From: Candidatus Nealsonbacteria bacterium DGGOD1a
Lineage (GTDB): Bacteria > Patescibacteriota > Minisyncoccia > Minisyncoccales > UBA5738
Length of the DNA: 64,000 nucleotides
Assembly: GCA_022530585.1 (NCBI GenBank)
Contig: CP092821.1
Coordinates: 457,525 to 521,524, forward strand
Direction of reading: 5' to 3'
Shown here: positions 8,458-18,266 of the stretch, one piece after another
Layout of the letters: each line of letters starts with the position of its first letter
Numbering within the stretch: position 1 is the stretch's first letter
Made by a program: the position numbers and the translations under genes
The notes under the pieces: generated by a model
Databases searched by the model: none
Told to the model about the DNA's origin: nothing
The model's input: the letters and a program-made list of their open reading frames with translations, nothing else

Positions 8458-8640
8458 ATGGGCAAAGAGGAAAACGCGATCATCGATGATTTTTTGGCTT
8501 CAATGTGCGGGCAAATCGATAATTTTACGGATTTCAAGCTGGTTGGCGGCAACGAAAAAATATTCGATAAGATTAAGAGTATTCGCAACGCCCGAGAGTA
8601 TCCAAAGGGTTTCGCGCCGGCGGGCGGAAAGAAACGATGA
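8458..8640 (+). CDS. Small hypothetical protein upstream of the TraD-like ATPase
   Basis: 60-aa ORF with protein-like composition (MGKEENAIIDDFLASMCGQIDNFTDFKLVGGNEKIFDKIK...). No recognisable domain and a weak RBS. Confidence 0.3.
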   Translation: MGKEENAIIDDFLASMCGQIDNFTDFKLVGGNEKIFDKIKSIRNAREYPKGFAPAGGKKR

Positions 8641-8709
8641 TCCGCCGGTATTGATCGCGCGGATAATCGCGTTTTTTGATTTTCAGGCAAGATGGGGTAA
8701 AATCCAATA

Positions 8710-11208
8710 ATGGAGGGATTAACTAATTATGTTGATTTTGGATTGGCCAAAGTGGTCGCGGCCGCGGATAAGGCCGCGGTTTGGCCGACCGAGTGGCTGT
8801 ATTTTGGCGCGGCCGGAATTTCGGCGTGCGTTTTCGGGCTGTTGTTTTGGGGTTACAAAAGAAAGCGGAAGCGCGATGGTTTCCGGATGGCTATGGATTT
8901 GGTTTTGCTATCCATAAAAATACCGCACAAATCGGCGGAGGAAATCCAACAGGCGGGCAAACAGGAAAAAGACTGGATCAAGGTGATGGAGGATTTCTAT
9001 GCCAATATGATTTCGCTCAAGCCCGCGGGAATGTTCTCGCTCAAACCGTGGATCGCGCTGGAAGTGGCCAAGATCAAGGGTGAGATTTGTTTCTTCGCGG
9101 CGGTTCCCAAAAAGTACGCCGGTTTCGTGGAAAAGAAAATCAACAGCATTTATTCGGACGCCCAGATCGAGCGGTCGGACGATTTCAACATTTTCGGTTA
9201 TAAAGAAAAAGTTTATTGCGGTTATTTAAAAACCGCCAAGTCGGTATATTTGCCGATAAAAACCTTTAATTACATTGAAGTTGATCCGTTGTCGAGCATC
9301 ACCAATACCCTTACCAAACTGGCCGAACATGAAGAAGCGGCGGTGCAAATCTGTTTGCGCAACACTTCGGATAATTGGCAAATACGCGGCCGGGAAATTT
9401 TGAAACTGATGCGGCAGGGGAAAACATTTTATCAAGCGCGGAATGCCACGGGGTTATGGCAAGCGTTTTTCGGCAGTCCCAAAAAAGACGAAGAGCGCCA
9501 AACGCAAATGCTTCAAGGAGATAATGATTTGGCCAAGCAGATGGAAAGCAAAATGGCCAAGCACAATTTCGCGGTTAATATCCGCATCGTGGTTTCGATC
9601 AAGGACGAGGTTCGCGGCCAGGATGTTTTCAACCAGCTTTCAGGCGCTTTTGACCAATTTTCCGGTCCGGAATTGAATAAATTCAATATCGTCGCCGCCA
9701 AAGGACGCGCGGCGGCCGGTCTTTTGAACGATTACATATTCCGCGGTTTTAACCCGGGCCATGTTTCGGTTCTAAGTTCCGAAGAGCTGGCCAGTATTTA
9801 CCATTTTCCCACTCCGCTTTTGAAAACCCCGAATATCAAAGTGCTGAATTCCAAAACCGCGCCCGCGCCGTTCAATATGAATTCCGAAGGTTTGCTGTTG
9901 GGTTTCAACCAATACCGCGGGGAGAAAAAAGACGCTTATATGGCCGCGCCCGACCGCCGCCGGCATTTATATGTTATCGGGCAGACCGGCACGGGCAAAT
10001 CGGCCTTTTTGTCGAATTTAATCGAGCAGGATGTTCTTGCCGGCGCGGGCGTGGGCATCCTTGATCCGCACGGCGATCTGATTGACGACATTTTGGGCAA
10101 AATCCCCAATGAACGGCTTGATGATGTGGTGGTTTTTGATCCGGCCAACCTCAAACATCCCATCGGTTTGAATATGCTGGAATACGACCCCAAGTTTCCC
10201 GAACAGAAAACTTTCATTATCAATGAGTTTATGAAGATATTCGACAAACTCTATGATTTAAAAGCCACCGGCGGGCCGATGTTTGAACAATACGCGCGCA
10301 ACGCCTTGATGCTGTTGATGGACGATCCGGGCGAAATTTTCACTTTGATGGAAGTGCCCAAAGTTTTGTCCGACAAGGAATTCCGGCATTATCTCTTGGC
10401 TAAATGCCGCAATGGTTTGGTGAAAGAATTTTGGGAAAAGCAAGCCGAGGCCGCGGGCGGGGAAGCATCTTTAAAAAATATGGTGCCCTACATCACCTCG
10501 AAGTTCGATACCTTTATTTCAAATGATTATATGCGGCCCATTATCGGCCAAACCAAGAGCACATTCAAATTCCGCGAGATTCTGGACGGCAAAAAGATAT
10601 TTTTGGTTAATTTGAGCAAAGGGCGTTTGGGCGAAATCAACAGTTCGCTGCTGGGATTGATTATCACCGGCAAGCTGACCATCGCCGCGTTTTCGCGGGT
10701 GGACATAGCCGAATCCGAGCGCAAGGATTTCTATTTGTATTTGGATGAGTTTCAAAATTTTGCCACCGATAGCATTTCCACGATTTTATCCGAGGCGCGC
10801 AAATACAAATTGGATCTGACGATTTCCCATCAATTCATCGGCCAGCTGGAAGACGAGATCCGCGACAGCGTTTTTGGCAATGTGGGCACGATCGTATCGT
10901 TTCGCGCGGGGGTGGAGGATTCGGAATTCTTAGCCAAGCAGTTCGCGCCAATTTTTAACGCCCAGGATTTGAACCGGATTGAGAATTATAATGCCTATGT
11001 CCGTATGCTTATCAACGGACAGGTGTCGTCTCCGTTCAACATCAAAACCTATCCGCCCAACAAATCAGACCGCGAGCGTATGGCCGATATCAAGGAATAT
11101 TACGCGCTCAAGGAAGGCCGCGACCGCGAGGAAGTGGAAAATGAAATCACCGCGCGCCGGCACAGTTACGCCGCCGCCGCGGCTTTGCCGACGGTTTCGC
11201 GTTTGTAG
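8710..11208 (+). CDS. TraD/VirD4-like (type IV coupling protein family) P-loop ATPase with N-terminal TM segment and ~400-aa domain of unknown function
   Basis: 832 aa. Walker A GQTGTGKSAF, Walker B-like FYLYLDEFQNF, then SEARKYKLDLTISHQF as in TraD/TraG-type DNA-translocase ATPases. TM helix ACVFGLLFWGY near the N-terminus. Confidence 0.65.
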   Translation: MEGLTNYVDFGLAKVVAAADKAAVWPTEWLYFGAAGISACVFGLLFWGYKRKRKRDGFRMAMDLVLLSIKIPHKSAEEIQQAGKQEKDWIKVMEDFYANMISLKPAGMFSLKPWIALEVAKIKGEICFFAAVPKKYAGFVEKKINSIYSDAQIERSDDFNIFGYKEKVYCGYLKTAKSVYLPIKTFNYIEVDPLSSITNTLTKLAEHEEAAVQICLRNTSDNWQIRGREILKLMRQGKTFYQARNATGLWQAFFGSPKKDEERQTQMLQGDNDLAKQMESKMAKHNFAVNIRIVVSIKDEVRGQDVFNQLSGAFDQFSGPELNKFNIVAAKGRAAAGLLNDYIFRGFNPGHVSVLSSEELASIYHFPTPLLKTPNIKVLNSKTAPAPFNMNSEGLLLGFNQYRGEKKDAYMAAPDRRRHLYVIGQTGTGKSAFLSNLIEQDVLAGAGVGILDPHGDLIDDILGKIPNERLDDVVVFDPANLKHPIGLNMLEYDPKFPEQKTFIINEFMKIFDKLYDLKATGGPMFEQYARNALMLLMDDPGEIFTLMEVPKVLSDKEFRHYLLAKCRNGLVKEFWEKQAEAAGGEASLKNMVPYITSKFDTFISNDYMRPIIGQTKSTFKFREILDGKKIFLVNLSKGRLGEINSSLLGLIITGKLTIAAFSRVDIAESERKDFYLYLDEFQNFATDSISTILSEARKYKLDLTISHQFIGQLEDEIRDSVFGNVGTIVSFRAGVEDSEFLAKQFAPIFNAQDLNRIENYNAYVRMLINGQVSSPFNIKTYPPNKSDRERMADIKEYYALKEGRDREEVENEITARRHSYAAAAALPTVSRL

Positions 11209-11253
11209 TTTCGCGTTTCGCATTTTGTGTTTATGTTTTAACTTATCAAATCT

Positions 11254-11649
11254 ATGGCAGACAAAAAACCGATATTGCCGGAAGTTCCCGGGCCGGCCGA
11301 TGCGGCCGTTGAAAAAAACGAAGCCAAAATCGAAATGACCGAGAAAGGCTTTGAAACCGTGATTGAAATAGAAAGAAAAGATGACGGCGCGCGGGCGATG
11401 CGCGATAGAATCGAACAATCGGGCGCCAAAGGATCAAGCGTTGGCCAAAGCCAAGCGCCGGCGCTTGACGCCGATGTCCAAAAAGAAAAAATAATTTCAA
11501 AATTTTCCAAAGCCGTGCTGGCCGCGGGAATCGATACGGCTGAAACCCAAAAGATAATTGAAGGAATGGAGCAAAAATATCTGAAAAATTTTCCCGATAT
11601 CGTCGACGCGATCCACGACCGCGTCACCGAAGATCGCGACCGCCGGTAA
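11254..11649 (+). CDS. Hypothetical acidic protein
   Basis: 131-aa ORF 46 nt downstream of the ATPase on the same strand. No motif recognised. Confidence 0.45.
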   Translation: MADKKPILPEVPGPADAAVEKNEAKIEMTEKGFETVIEIERKDDGARAMRDRIEQSGAKGSSVGQSQAPALDADVQKEKIISKFSKAVLAAGIDTAETQKIIEGMEQKYLKNFPDIVDAIHDRVTEDRDRR

Positions 11650-11807
11650 GGAGGCTTTCTGACAACCGGAGAAAAACAAATCTCCGGTTTTTGTTTCAAT
11701 TTTTTATATCTTGCCAGCTCGCCGCGGGGAACAAAAAGAATGAGGATTCCAAGGGAAACATCCTTTGGTTGATGGCGGGGTTAATACCCCGGCATCAATG
11801 TATTTTT

Positions 11808-11935
11808 TTATTGAGTGCAATACCTCGGGGCTTTGCCCCGGGGTGCACCAAGAGGATTCCAAAGGGGTGCCCCCTTTGGTCGTCGTGCGGGGTTCATACC
11901 CCGCTCGACGAAATACATTTGGAAAATATATTTTT
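11808..11935. repeat. 127-nt multi-hairpin repeat, copy 2
   Basis: Identical apart from one extra g to 4421-4547. Preceded by the hairpin gatggcggggttaataccccggcatc, whose inverse occurs at ~58662-58700. Confidence 0.7.
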
Positions 11936-11980
11936 TATTGTTCGTTGACGGCGGAATCCCAAGGGACCTTTGAAATTCCG

Positions 11981-12052
11981 TTAAAGCTCGCGAGATATTT
12001 TTATGAAGAGGCAAATCTTTCCGATTATCCCTTGGGAATGCTCGGGACAGGC
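11981..12052. repeat. ~72-nt conserved block upstream of a secretion-related gene (copy 1)
   Basis: ttaaagctcgcgagatatttttatgaag...ttccgattatcccttgggaat..cgggacagg is roughly 80% identical by eye to 24372-24443. Confidence 0.5.
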
Positions 12053-12158
12053 GACAGGGATAGACTCCACGCGGCGTTTCGGCGAGGAGGTGGATGTCCA
12101 ACGCAAAGGGTATTCAATTTGTTTTTTATGAGCTAGAATATAGTAATAAATATGGCTT

Positions 12159-13772
12159 ATGAAATTCAATAAAAAATTTCTTATAATTTTGCTGTTGGCC
12201 GCGGCCGCGGCGTATGCGGCGTACGCAAGTTTGAAACCTAAAGAGACGGTTTATAAAACCGAGAAAGTTATCCGCGGGGCGATTACGCAGGAGGTGGCCG
12301 AAACCGGTACGGTAAAAAAGGGAGACACGGTTAATTTGAGTTTCAAAAATTCGGGAACGATCGATCGTATAAATGCGGCCAAAGGCCAGGAAGTTTCCGC
12401 GGGCGATGTTTTGGCCGAATTGGACAGCCGCCAGTTGAAAGTTCAACTCGCGCAGGCGCGCGCCAATCTTGATTTTTATAATCTGCAATTGGAAAAATTG
12501 CGGAAAGGCGCGGCAACCGAAGATATCGGCATTATCGAAAGTCAGGTGAGGGCGGCGCAAAGCGCTCTGGCCAGCGCGGAACAATCGTTGGTCGATGCGC
12601 AAAACAACGCCGGGCAAAAATTGAACAGCGCGTATAAAGATGCCGGCAGCGCGTTGAGTTCGGCTTACATCAAAGCCTATAACGGCCGGAATTTTTCCGA
12701 TCTTTTGCAGAGAACCCATTTCACGCCGCGCGACGATGATTCGATCGCGGTTTGGGACGCGGTGCAGAAAATGGATGTGGCAATCGCGCTGATTAAAAAT
12801 TATTCCGGGGAAGCGCAATTAAACGCCGGCGATGTTTCTCTGGATCCGGTTTTTGCCGCGGCCAAGGTTCAACTGGCGAACATTGAGAGCAGGTTGCGAA
12901 GCATTCGCGCGATCTGTGAAAAAACGCCGTGGCGCGATGCCGTGGAACAAACCTATAAAGACACTCTGGATTTGCACATTGGTTATATGGTGTCCGCTCA
13001 AGCGTCCTTTAATTCCGCGGTGGAAGTCATCGCTTTGCAGAAAGCGGCCAATGATTTGGCGGTAAATTCGGCGCAAGCCGGAGTTGATGCCGCCGATGCG
13101 GCGCTGAAAACCGCCGCCGGCCAGCTGGCGAAAACCGTGGCCGGGCCGCGCGCCGAAGATGTGGGCGTGTTGGAATCGCAGGTGGCTCAAGCGCGGGCGC
13201 AGATTGATCTGTTGAACCTTCAGATTAGCGACAGCCGGTTGGTCGCGCCGGTCGCGGGCCAGATCACCGAAGTGAACGGCAAAATCGGAGAAACGGTTTC
13301 GATGATAACCGGCGGCGCTTTGGTGGCGATAGCTCCCGCCGATCCTTACACTGTGGAAGTCGACATATACGAAGAAGATGTGGTGAAAGAGAAAATCGGC
13401 GATCCGGTGCGAATATCGCCGGCGGCGATTCCCGACAAGGTTTTCGCCGGCCGCGTGCTTTCGATCGATCCGGCGGGCAGACTGGTGAACGGCGTGGTTT
13501 ATTACCCCACCAAGATCGCTTTCGATGAAATGCCGCAGGGACTGAAACCGGAAATGACCGCGGACATCGTGATTGTCACCGCTTTCAAAGAAGATGTTCT
13601 GCAAATTTCGGAAACCGCGTTGCAAAAAAATCAGGATGACGGCTATTTTGTCCGGATATTGGAAGATGACGGCCGGCCGCAGGAAGCAAATGTCGAAGTC
13701 GGCATCAAATCAAAGGGAATGGCGGAGATCGTCTCGGGATTGAGCGAGGGGCAGGAGGTGATTATTCCATAA
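12159..13772 (+). CDS. HlyD/MacA-family periplasmic adaptor (membrane fusion protein) with long coiled-coil hairpin
   Basis: 537 aa. N-terminal anchor, GTVKKGDTVNLSF...G.V.AGDVLAELD lipoyl-like motif, long Ala/Gln-rich coiled coil, LVAPVAGQITEVN barrel motif. Directly upstream of the ABC ATPase and permease. Confidence 0.8.
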   Translation: MKFNKKFLIILLLAAAAAYAAYASLKPKETVYKTEKVIRGAITQEVAETGTVKKGDTVNLSFKNSGTIDRINAAKGQEVSAGDVLAELDSRQLKVQLAQARANLDFYNLQLEKLRKGAATEDIGIIESQVRAAQSALASAEQSLVDAQNNAGQKLNSAYKDAGSALSSAYIKAYNGRNFSDLLQRTHFTPRDDDSIAVWDAVQKMDVAIALIKNYSGEAQLNAGDVSLDPVFAAAKVQLANIESRLRSIRAICEKTPWRDAVEQTYKDTLDLHIGYMVSAQASFNSAVEVIALQKAANDLAVNSAQAGVDAADAALKTAAGQLAKTVAGPRAEDVGVLESQVAQARAQIDLLNLQISDSRLVAPVAGQITEVNGKIGETVSMITGGALVAIAPADPYTVEVDIYEEDVVKEKIGDPVRISPAAIPDKVFAGRVLSIDPAGRLVNGVVYYPTKIAFDEMPQGLKPEMTADIVIVTAFKEDVLQISETALQKNQDDGYFVRILEDDGRPQEANVEVGIKSKGMAEIVSGLSEGQEVIIP

Positions 13773-13812
13773 AACAATTTTCAATTTTCAAATTGGTAAT
13801 TAATTTTTTTGT

Positions 13813-14517
13813 ATGGAGCCGCTTATCAAACTTGAAAATGTTTGGAAGGTATACAAGCTGGGCAAGACCGAGGTGCAATCTCTGAAAGGGGTCAGCCTTG
13901 AAATTATGTCCGGCGGTTTTGTGACGGTTATGGGGCCGTCCGGTTCGGGCAAGTCCACGCTTTTGAATATGATCGGCCTTTTGGATATTCCCACCAAAGG
14001 CCGGCTTTTGGTTAAGGGAATTGACGCGGCTAAAATGATGGAAAGCGAATTGGCGCAACTGCGGGGGAGAACCATTGGGTTTGTATTCCAGGATTTTAAT
14101 TTGCTTAACCATCTTCGGGCCTGGGAAAATGTGGAATTACCGATGATTTTTCAGGGTTTGTCTGAAGAAAAACGCCGAAAGCGGGCGCAAGAGCTGTTGG
14201 AACAAGTCAATATGGGACATCGGGCGGATCATCAGCTGGCTGAGCTCTCGGGCGGCGAGCGGCAGAGGGTGGCGATTGCGCGGGCGTTTGCCAATGATCC
14301 GGACTTGGTGATTGCCGACGAACCCACGGGTAATTTGGATTCGATGAGCGGTAAAAAGGTGATGGAGATATTGACCGATTTCCATGAAAAACTGGGGCGC
14401 ACGCTTTTGGTGGTGACTCACGATCATAACATTGGCGCCTACGGTCACCAGCGGGTTTTTATTAAAGACGGCCAATTGGTGGACGAACAAACCGCGTTTG
14501 GCCGCAAGCTGTTGTAA
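13813..14517 (+). CDS. ABC transporter ATP-binding protein (MacB/LolD-type)
   Basis: Walker A GPSGSGKST, Q-loop, ABC signature LSGGERQRVAIARA, Walker B LVIADEPTGNLD. Confidence 0.9.
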   Translation: MEPLIKLENVWKVYKLGKTEVQSLKGVSLEIMSGGFVTVMGPSGSGKSTLLNMIGLLDIPTKGRLLVKGIDAAKMMESELAQLRGRTIGFVFQDFNLLNHLRAWENVELPMIFQGLSEEKRRKRAQELLEQVNMGHRADHQLAELSGGERQRVAIARAFANDPDLVIADEPTGNLDSMSGKKVMEILTDFHEKLGRTLLVVTHDHNIGAYGHQRVFIKDGQLVDEQTAFGRKLL

Positions 14518-14628
14518 TTTTTGTATTTGAGGTCGTTATTCTGCGTAATCGCAGGAACGCGATCTCGGTAAATTGTATTTCGGATTTTAATTTTGAATTT
14601 ATTCTTAAAATAACCCCGCTATTTTTTT

Positions 14629-15867
14629 ATGTTTTACAATTCCAAGGAGTATTACAAAATTGCGGTTCGGAATTTAAAGATGCGGTCGTTAAGATCATGG
14701 CTGACGGTTTTTGGCATTGTCATCGGCGTGTTTTTGATTATCACTTTGCTGTCGCTGTCGGAAGGCATCAAGGATACGATCCAGCGGCAACTGACCTCGC
14801 TGGGCGGCAATATGATTTTTGTGATGCCGGGCGACGATACCAATCCGCTGGCGGGGATAATGTTCGGCGGCGACAAGCTGGAGCGGCAGGATTTGGATGC
14901 CATTAAAAGGACCGACGGAGTCATTACGGTTATGCCGGCATCCTATCAGTCGATTAACGCGCGATTCGGCAATGAAAACAAATCCATTGTGGTACAGGGT
15001 TTCCCGCTGGCCGACAGTATGGATATATTGAAAAAATTTCAGGGATGGAGCTTGGCGGCCGGTCGTTGGCCCAGTCCGGGAAGAACCGAAGTGGTGGCCG
15101 GAACGCAAATGAACCGAGATATTTTTAAGGTTCCGGTCAATCCGGGCGATGAGTTTAAAATTAAGGGAAAAAAATATACCGTGACGGGAATTCTTAATTC
15201 TTTGGGTTCAAAGCAGGACGACAGCGCCATATTTATGGAAATCAGCGAATTTCAGGATTTGGTGGGCCAGCCGCGCGGTACGGCGCAGATGGCCATGGTG
15301 CAAATCGATGAAGGCGCGGATGCCAATGTGATCGCGGCTAAAATCAAAGATAGCTTGCGGCGCGTTCAACGCCGCGCTTACGGTTCGGATTCCGACACGC
15401 TGAACTTCGCCGTGATCACCGCCGAAAAAATAAGCGATATCACCGGCGGAGTGATGGCGGTCATCCAGTTCGTGATCTTGGCGTTTGCCAGTATCGCGAT
15501 TGTCGTGGGCGGCATCGGCATCACCAATACGATGTACACTTCGGTGCGCGAGCGCACGCGCGAGATCGGCATTATGAAAGCCATCGGCGCCACTAACGGC
15601 GCGATTATGGCGATATTTTTATTTGAAGCCGGGATTATCGGTTTTGGCGGCGGCATCGGCGGCACAATTTTGGGATTGGGCGTTGCCGCGATCGTGCAGG
15701 CCTATGGACAGGTGCATCCGATGTTCTATTTCACCGCGTCGTTTTCGCCGTGGATCGTGATTTTCGGAATGTCGTTCTCGTTTTTGATCGGCTGTCTGGC
15801 GGGAATTTTGCCGGCGCGCGCCGCGGCCAAATTGCGGCCCATTGACGCGCTGCGGAAATACGAGTGA
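14629..15867 (+). CDS. ABC transporter permease, MacB/FtsX-like
   Basis: 412 aa. N-terminal TM, large extracytoplasmic domain, C-terminal FtsX-type bundle (ERTREIGIMKAIGA...LPARAAAKLRPIDALR). Confidence 0.85.
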   Translation: MFYNSKEYYKIAVRNLKMRSLRSWLTVFGIVIGVFLIITLLSLSEGIKDTIQRQLTSLGGNMIFVMPGDDTNPLAGIMFGGDKLERQDLDAIKRTDGVITVMPASYQSINARFGNENKSIVVQGFPLADSMDILKKFQGWSLAAGRWPSPGRTEVVAGTQMNRDIFKVPVNPGDEFKIKGKKYTVTGILNSLGSKQDDSAIFMEISEFQDLVGQPRGTAQMAMVQIDEGADANVIAAKIKDSLRRVQRRAYGSDSDTLNFAVITAEKISDITGGVMAVIQFVILAFASIAIVVGGIGITNTMYTSVRERTREIGIMKAIGATNGAIMAIFLFEAGIIGFGGGIGGTILGLGVAAIVQAYGQVHPMFYFTASFSPWIVIFGMSFSFLIGCLAGILPARAAAKLRPIDALRKYE

Positions 15868-15884
15868 AATGCCATAATTTCCAA

Positions 15885-15995
15885 TTTGTTTTGAATTGCG
15901 AAACGCTTTGCATTCGGGGTCTATCCCTTGCGTAATCGCAAGGGATAGACCCCGGCAATGGCATTCGTATTTAATGGTTTCGCGATTCAAGAAAT
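15885..15995. repeat. Hairpin MITE-like element with 'gcgtaatcgc' loop
   Basis: Outer arms gaattgcgaaac/gtttcgcgattc. Core ggggtctatcccttgcgtaatcgcaagggatagacccc (15916-15953). Related cores at 20033-20070, 33979-34014, 34274-34319 and 47856-47892. Confidence 0.65.
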
Positions 15996-16106
15996 TCAGT
16001 AATTTTGATATTCGGGAATTTATTGGCAATTTGATATGATTTGCGGTTGCAATAAAAATTTAATTTCGTAAAATAAAATAAAAGGTGATTTTCTAATTCC
16101 TCGAAC

Positions 16107-18209
16107 TTGATGTCCCCGCGAATCTCAAAAATAAAAAAGAGCGAATGGCATAAGCAATCCGTTGATATCCGGCTGGCGATTGGTTTTTTAACGACCTTCG
16201 CTTTTTTAATTGGAATTTATCTGATTGCCAATTTTCGGATCGCGAGTTCGCCGATAACGATATTCGATAATCCTAATTTTGGCGCGGCGGTTTCCGACGA
16301 CAAACCGGCCGGCGCGGATAATAAGCCGCGGCTAAAGGCTTTTTCATCGCCGGATGATTTCAAGAGCTATCTTGACGACGGTAATCGCGCGTTCATCGGC
16401 GGAATATACGAAGAGCGGGCTTTTGCTTCGGCGAACAATTCCGCTTCGGTTCCGCCGGCCATCGCGAAAACCGCCGCGGCAAAAACACCGGCCAAAAATC
16501 AAAAAATCGATAACGAAATCATCGCCGCCGCGGACGGTTTGCGGTATATGAGTCTTGGCAAGATTGCCGCGGATTCGACAAGCGATATAATTTTATCCGG
16601 GGAGAAGAATATCTATTTTTCCCCGGAAAACCAGTATTACCGGCCGGCTTTTATGGAGGCGGCCGAATTGCCGGCCGGGGAAACGAAAATATTCGATATC
16701 GGCGATCCGGCGGCGATGGCGCAAATCGGTATGGTGGCGCAAGACGGCGATCTGTTGATGGCGGATAACGCTCTGGTCGTGATTTCAGAAAATTCCGTGT
16801 CCGCTTTTGATGTGTCCAGCGCTTTCGTACCGGTCGATTTGTGGAAAGCGCGCGTTAACGAGGGAACCAAAGTTGTCGCGCAAAAAACGATTGGATCAAA
16901 ATTATATTTGGGGTTAAGAACTAAAATCGACACGGCTAATCCGTGTCCCGTCAAGCCGTTATCGGTCGGAGACAAACCTTTGATCATAGATTGCGCCGCC
17001 ATTTTTCATCCCGAACCGCCGATAATGGCGGATTCGATATTCACTGTGGTTGAAATCGATGTTGCGTCCGGTCAGACTTCGCGCGATATTTCATTCGTGG
17101 GCGGGGAGAATACTTCCGCGGTATTTTTATCCGATGGATCGGCGGCCGCGGTCTGGGGCCAGGGCGGGGATTATATTTCCTTTTTTACCGATTTCTTGCA
17201 AGATAAATGCAAGGGCTTGCTTCCCAACTATTTATTGGAAAAGGCGTCCAAACTCCCCGGTTGCGCGATATCGCTGGCGGCAAAAGAGCTTGAGTTGCGG
17301 TCATTGCTTTCCAATTGGTTCGGGTCGTTGAACGGCGATGAACAAACGCGGATCGCGGGAGAAGTTTCCGGCCGTTTGTCCGATTATTTGCGCGACCATT
17401 ACCGCGATTTTGAACAGACCGGCATCGCTCTGGCGGATATGGGTTCATTCTCGTTCAGCTATCAAAATCAGGTCGCGGGGCGTCTGGTTTCCGGCGGCTT
17501 GGCGGCGGCGCGGGACGGAAGTTTGCGCTTGGCCACTGTTTCGGGGAGCGGCGCGGTTAAAAAAATGAATTGGCTGGTTACGGGCAAGATCGATACCGAT
17601 GGCGTTGAAAAAATACTTAATAACATTTATGTTCTCGGCGCCAACCTTGAAATTTCCGCCGCGGGCGAAAATCTTGATTTGGCCGCCGGCGTATGCGCGT
17701 TGCGTTATTCGGCCAACGCGGCCTATTTATCGACCTGTCGCGGGAACGATCCGGTTTACGCCGTCGGATTCGCGGCCGGCGCGGCGGGAGTGGCAAGCCG
17801 GCTGAAAACTTTTGGATTCCCGGCCTATCTTTATCCGTTCGACGACGGTTTTCTTTTGGAAGTTTCAAAAAACAGCCGTAAAATAAAATTAACTTTATAC
17901 GACGCGACCATGGCGTCGAAAATCGATCGAATTTCAGAATTCGATGTCAATGATTATTGGGCCGATTTTGACGGCAATTACGCGGCTTTCGCTTCCGACG
18001 AAGCCGGCAAAACATTTTTCCTGCCCGCGGCCCGCGGCGGTTATGTTTTCTCGCGGGCGGGCGGGAAGATCGAATTGAAAAAAAATATCGGAAGCCTGGC
18101 GGTTGGCCGCGCGTTTTTTCGCGCCGGATATTTGTATTTGGCTGGCGATGACGGAATCGAAGTTTTTCTCGCGCCGGATTGGAATAATGCGAAAACCATA
18201 AGATTCTAG
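16107..18209 (+). CDS. Membrane-anchored extracytoplasmic beta-propeller-domain protein (PF09826-like)
   Basis: 700 aa. N-terminal TM. The C-terminal FGFPAYLYPFDDGFLLEVSKNSRKIKLTLYDAT...YAAFASDE pattern matches the family motif (pGfs.YLhP.d...l.gi....k.klslfD) as I recall it. Confidence 0.55.
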   Translation: MMSPRISKIKKSEWHKQSVDIRLAIGFLTTFAFLIGIYLIANFRIASSPITIFDNPNFGAAVSDDKPAGADNKPRLKAFSSPDDFKSYLDDGNRAFIGGIYEERAFASANNSASVPPAIAKTAAAKTPAKNQKIDNEIIAAADGLRYMSLGKIAADSTSDIILSGEKNIYFSPENQYYRPAFMEAAELPAGETKIFDIGDPAAMAQIGMVAQDGDLLMADNALVVISENSVSAFDVSSAFVPVDLWKARVNEGTKVVAQKTIGSKLYLGLRTKIDTANPCPVKPLSVGDKPLIIDCAAIFHPEPPIMADSIFTVVEIDVASGQTSRDISFVGGENTSAVFLSDGSAAAVWGQGGDYISFFTDFLQDKCKGLLPNYLLEKASKLPGCAISLAAKELELRSLLSNWFGSLNGDEQTRIAGEVSGRLSDYLRDHYRDFEQTGIALADMGSFSFSYQNQVAGRLVSGGLAAARDGSLRLATVSGSGAVKKMNWLVTGKIDTDGVEKILNNIYVLGANLEISAAGENLDLAAGVCALRYSANAAYLSTCRGNDPVYAVGFAAGAAGVASRLKTFGFPAYLYPFDDGFLLEVSKNSRKIKLTLYDATMASKIDRISEFDVNDYWADFDGNYAAFASDEAGKTFFLPAARGGYVFSRAGGKIELKKNIGSLAVGRAFFRAGYLYLAGDDGIEVFLAPDWNNAKTIRF

Positions 18210-18266
18210 CGCGGTCTCGTCTTTTTTGATTGTATATTTTAATTTATTTTGTGATAAAATAAATCT

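Noticed and set aside
12126-13625. Long minus-strand ORFs (12126..12818, 230 aa; 12819..13625, 268 aa)
   Set aside because: They are antisense to the well-supported HlyD-family gene. The products are Arg/Phe/Gln-rich and low-complexity with no motifs, as expected for shadow ORFs of an Ala-rich (GCN) coding strand.
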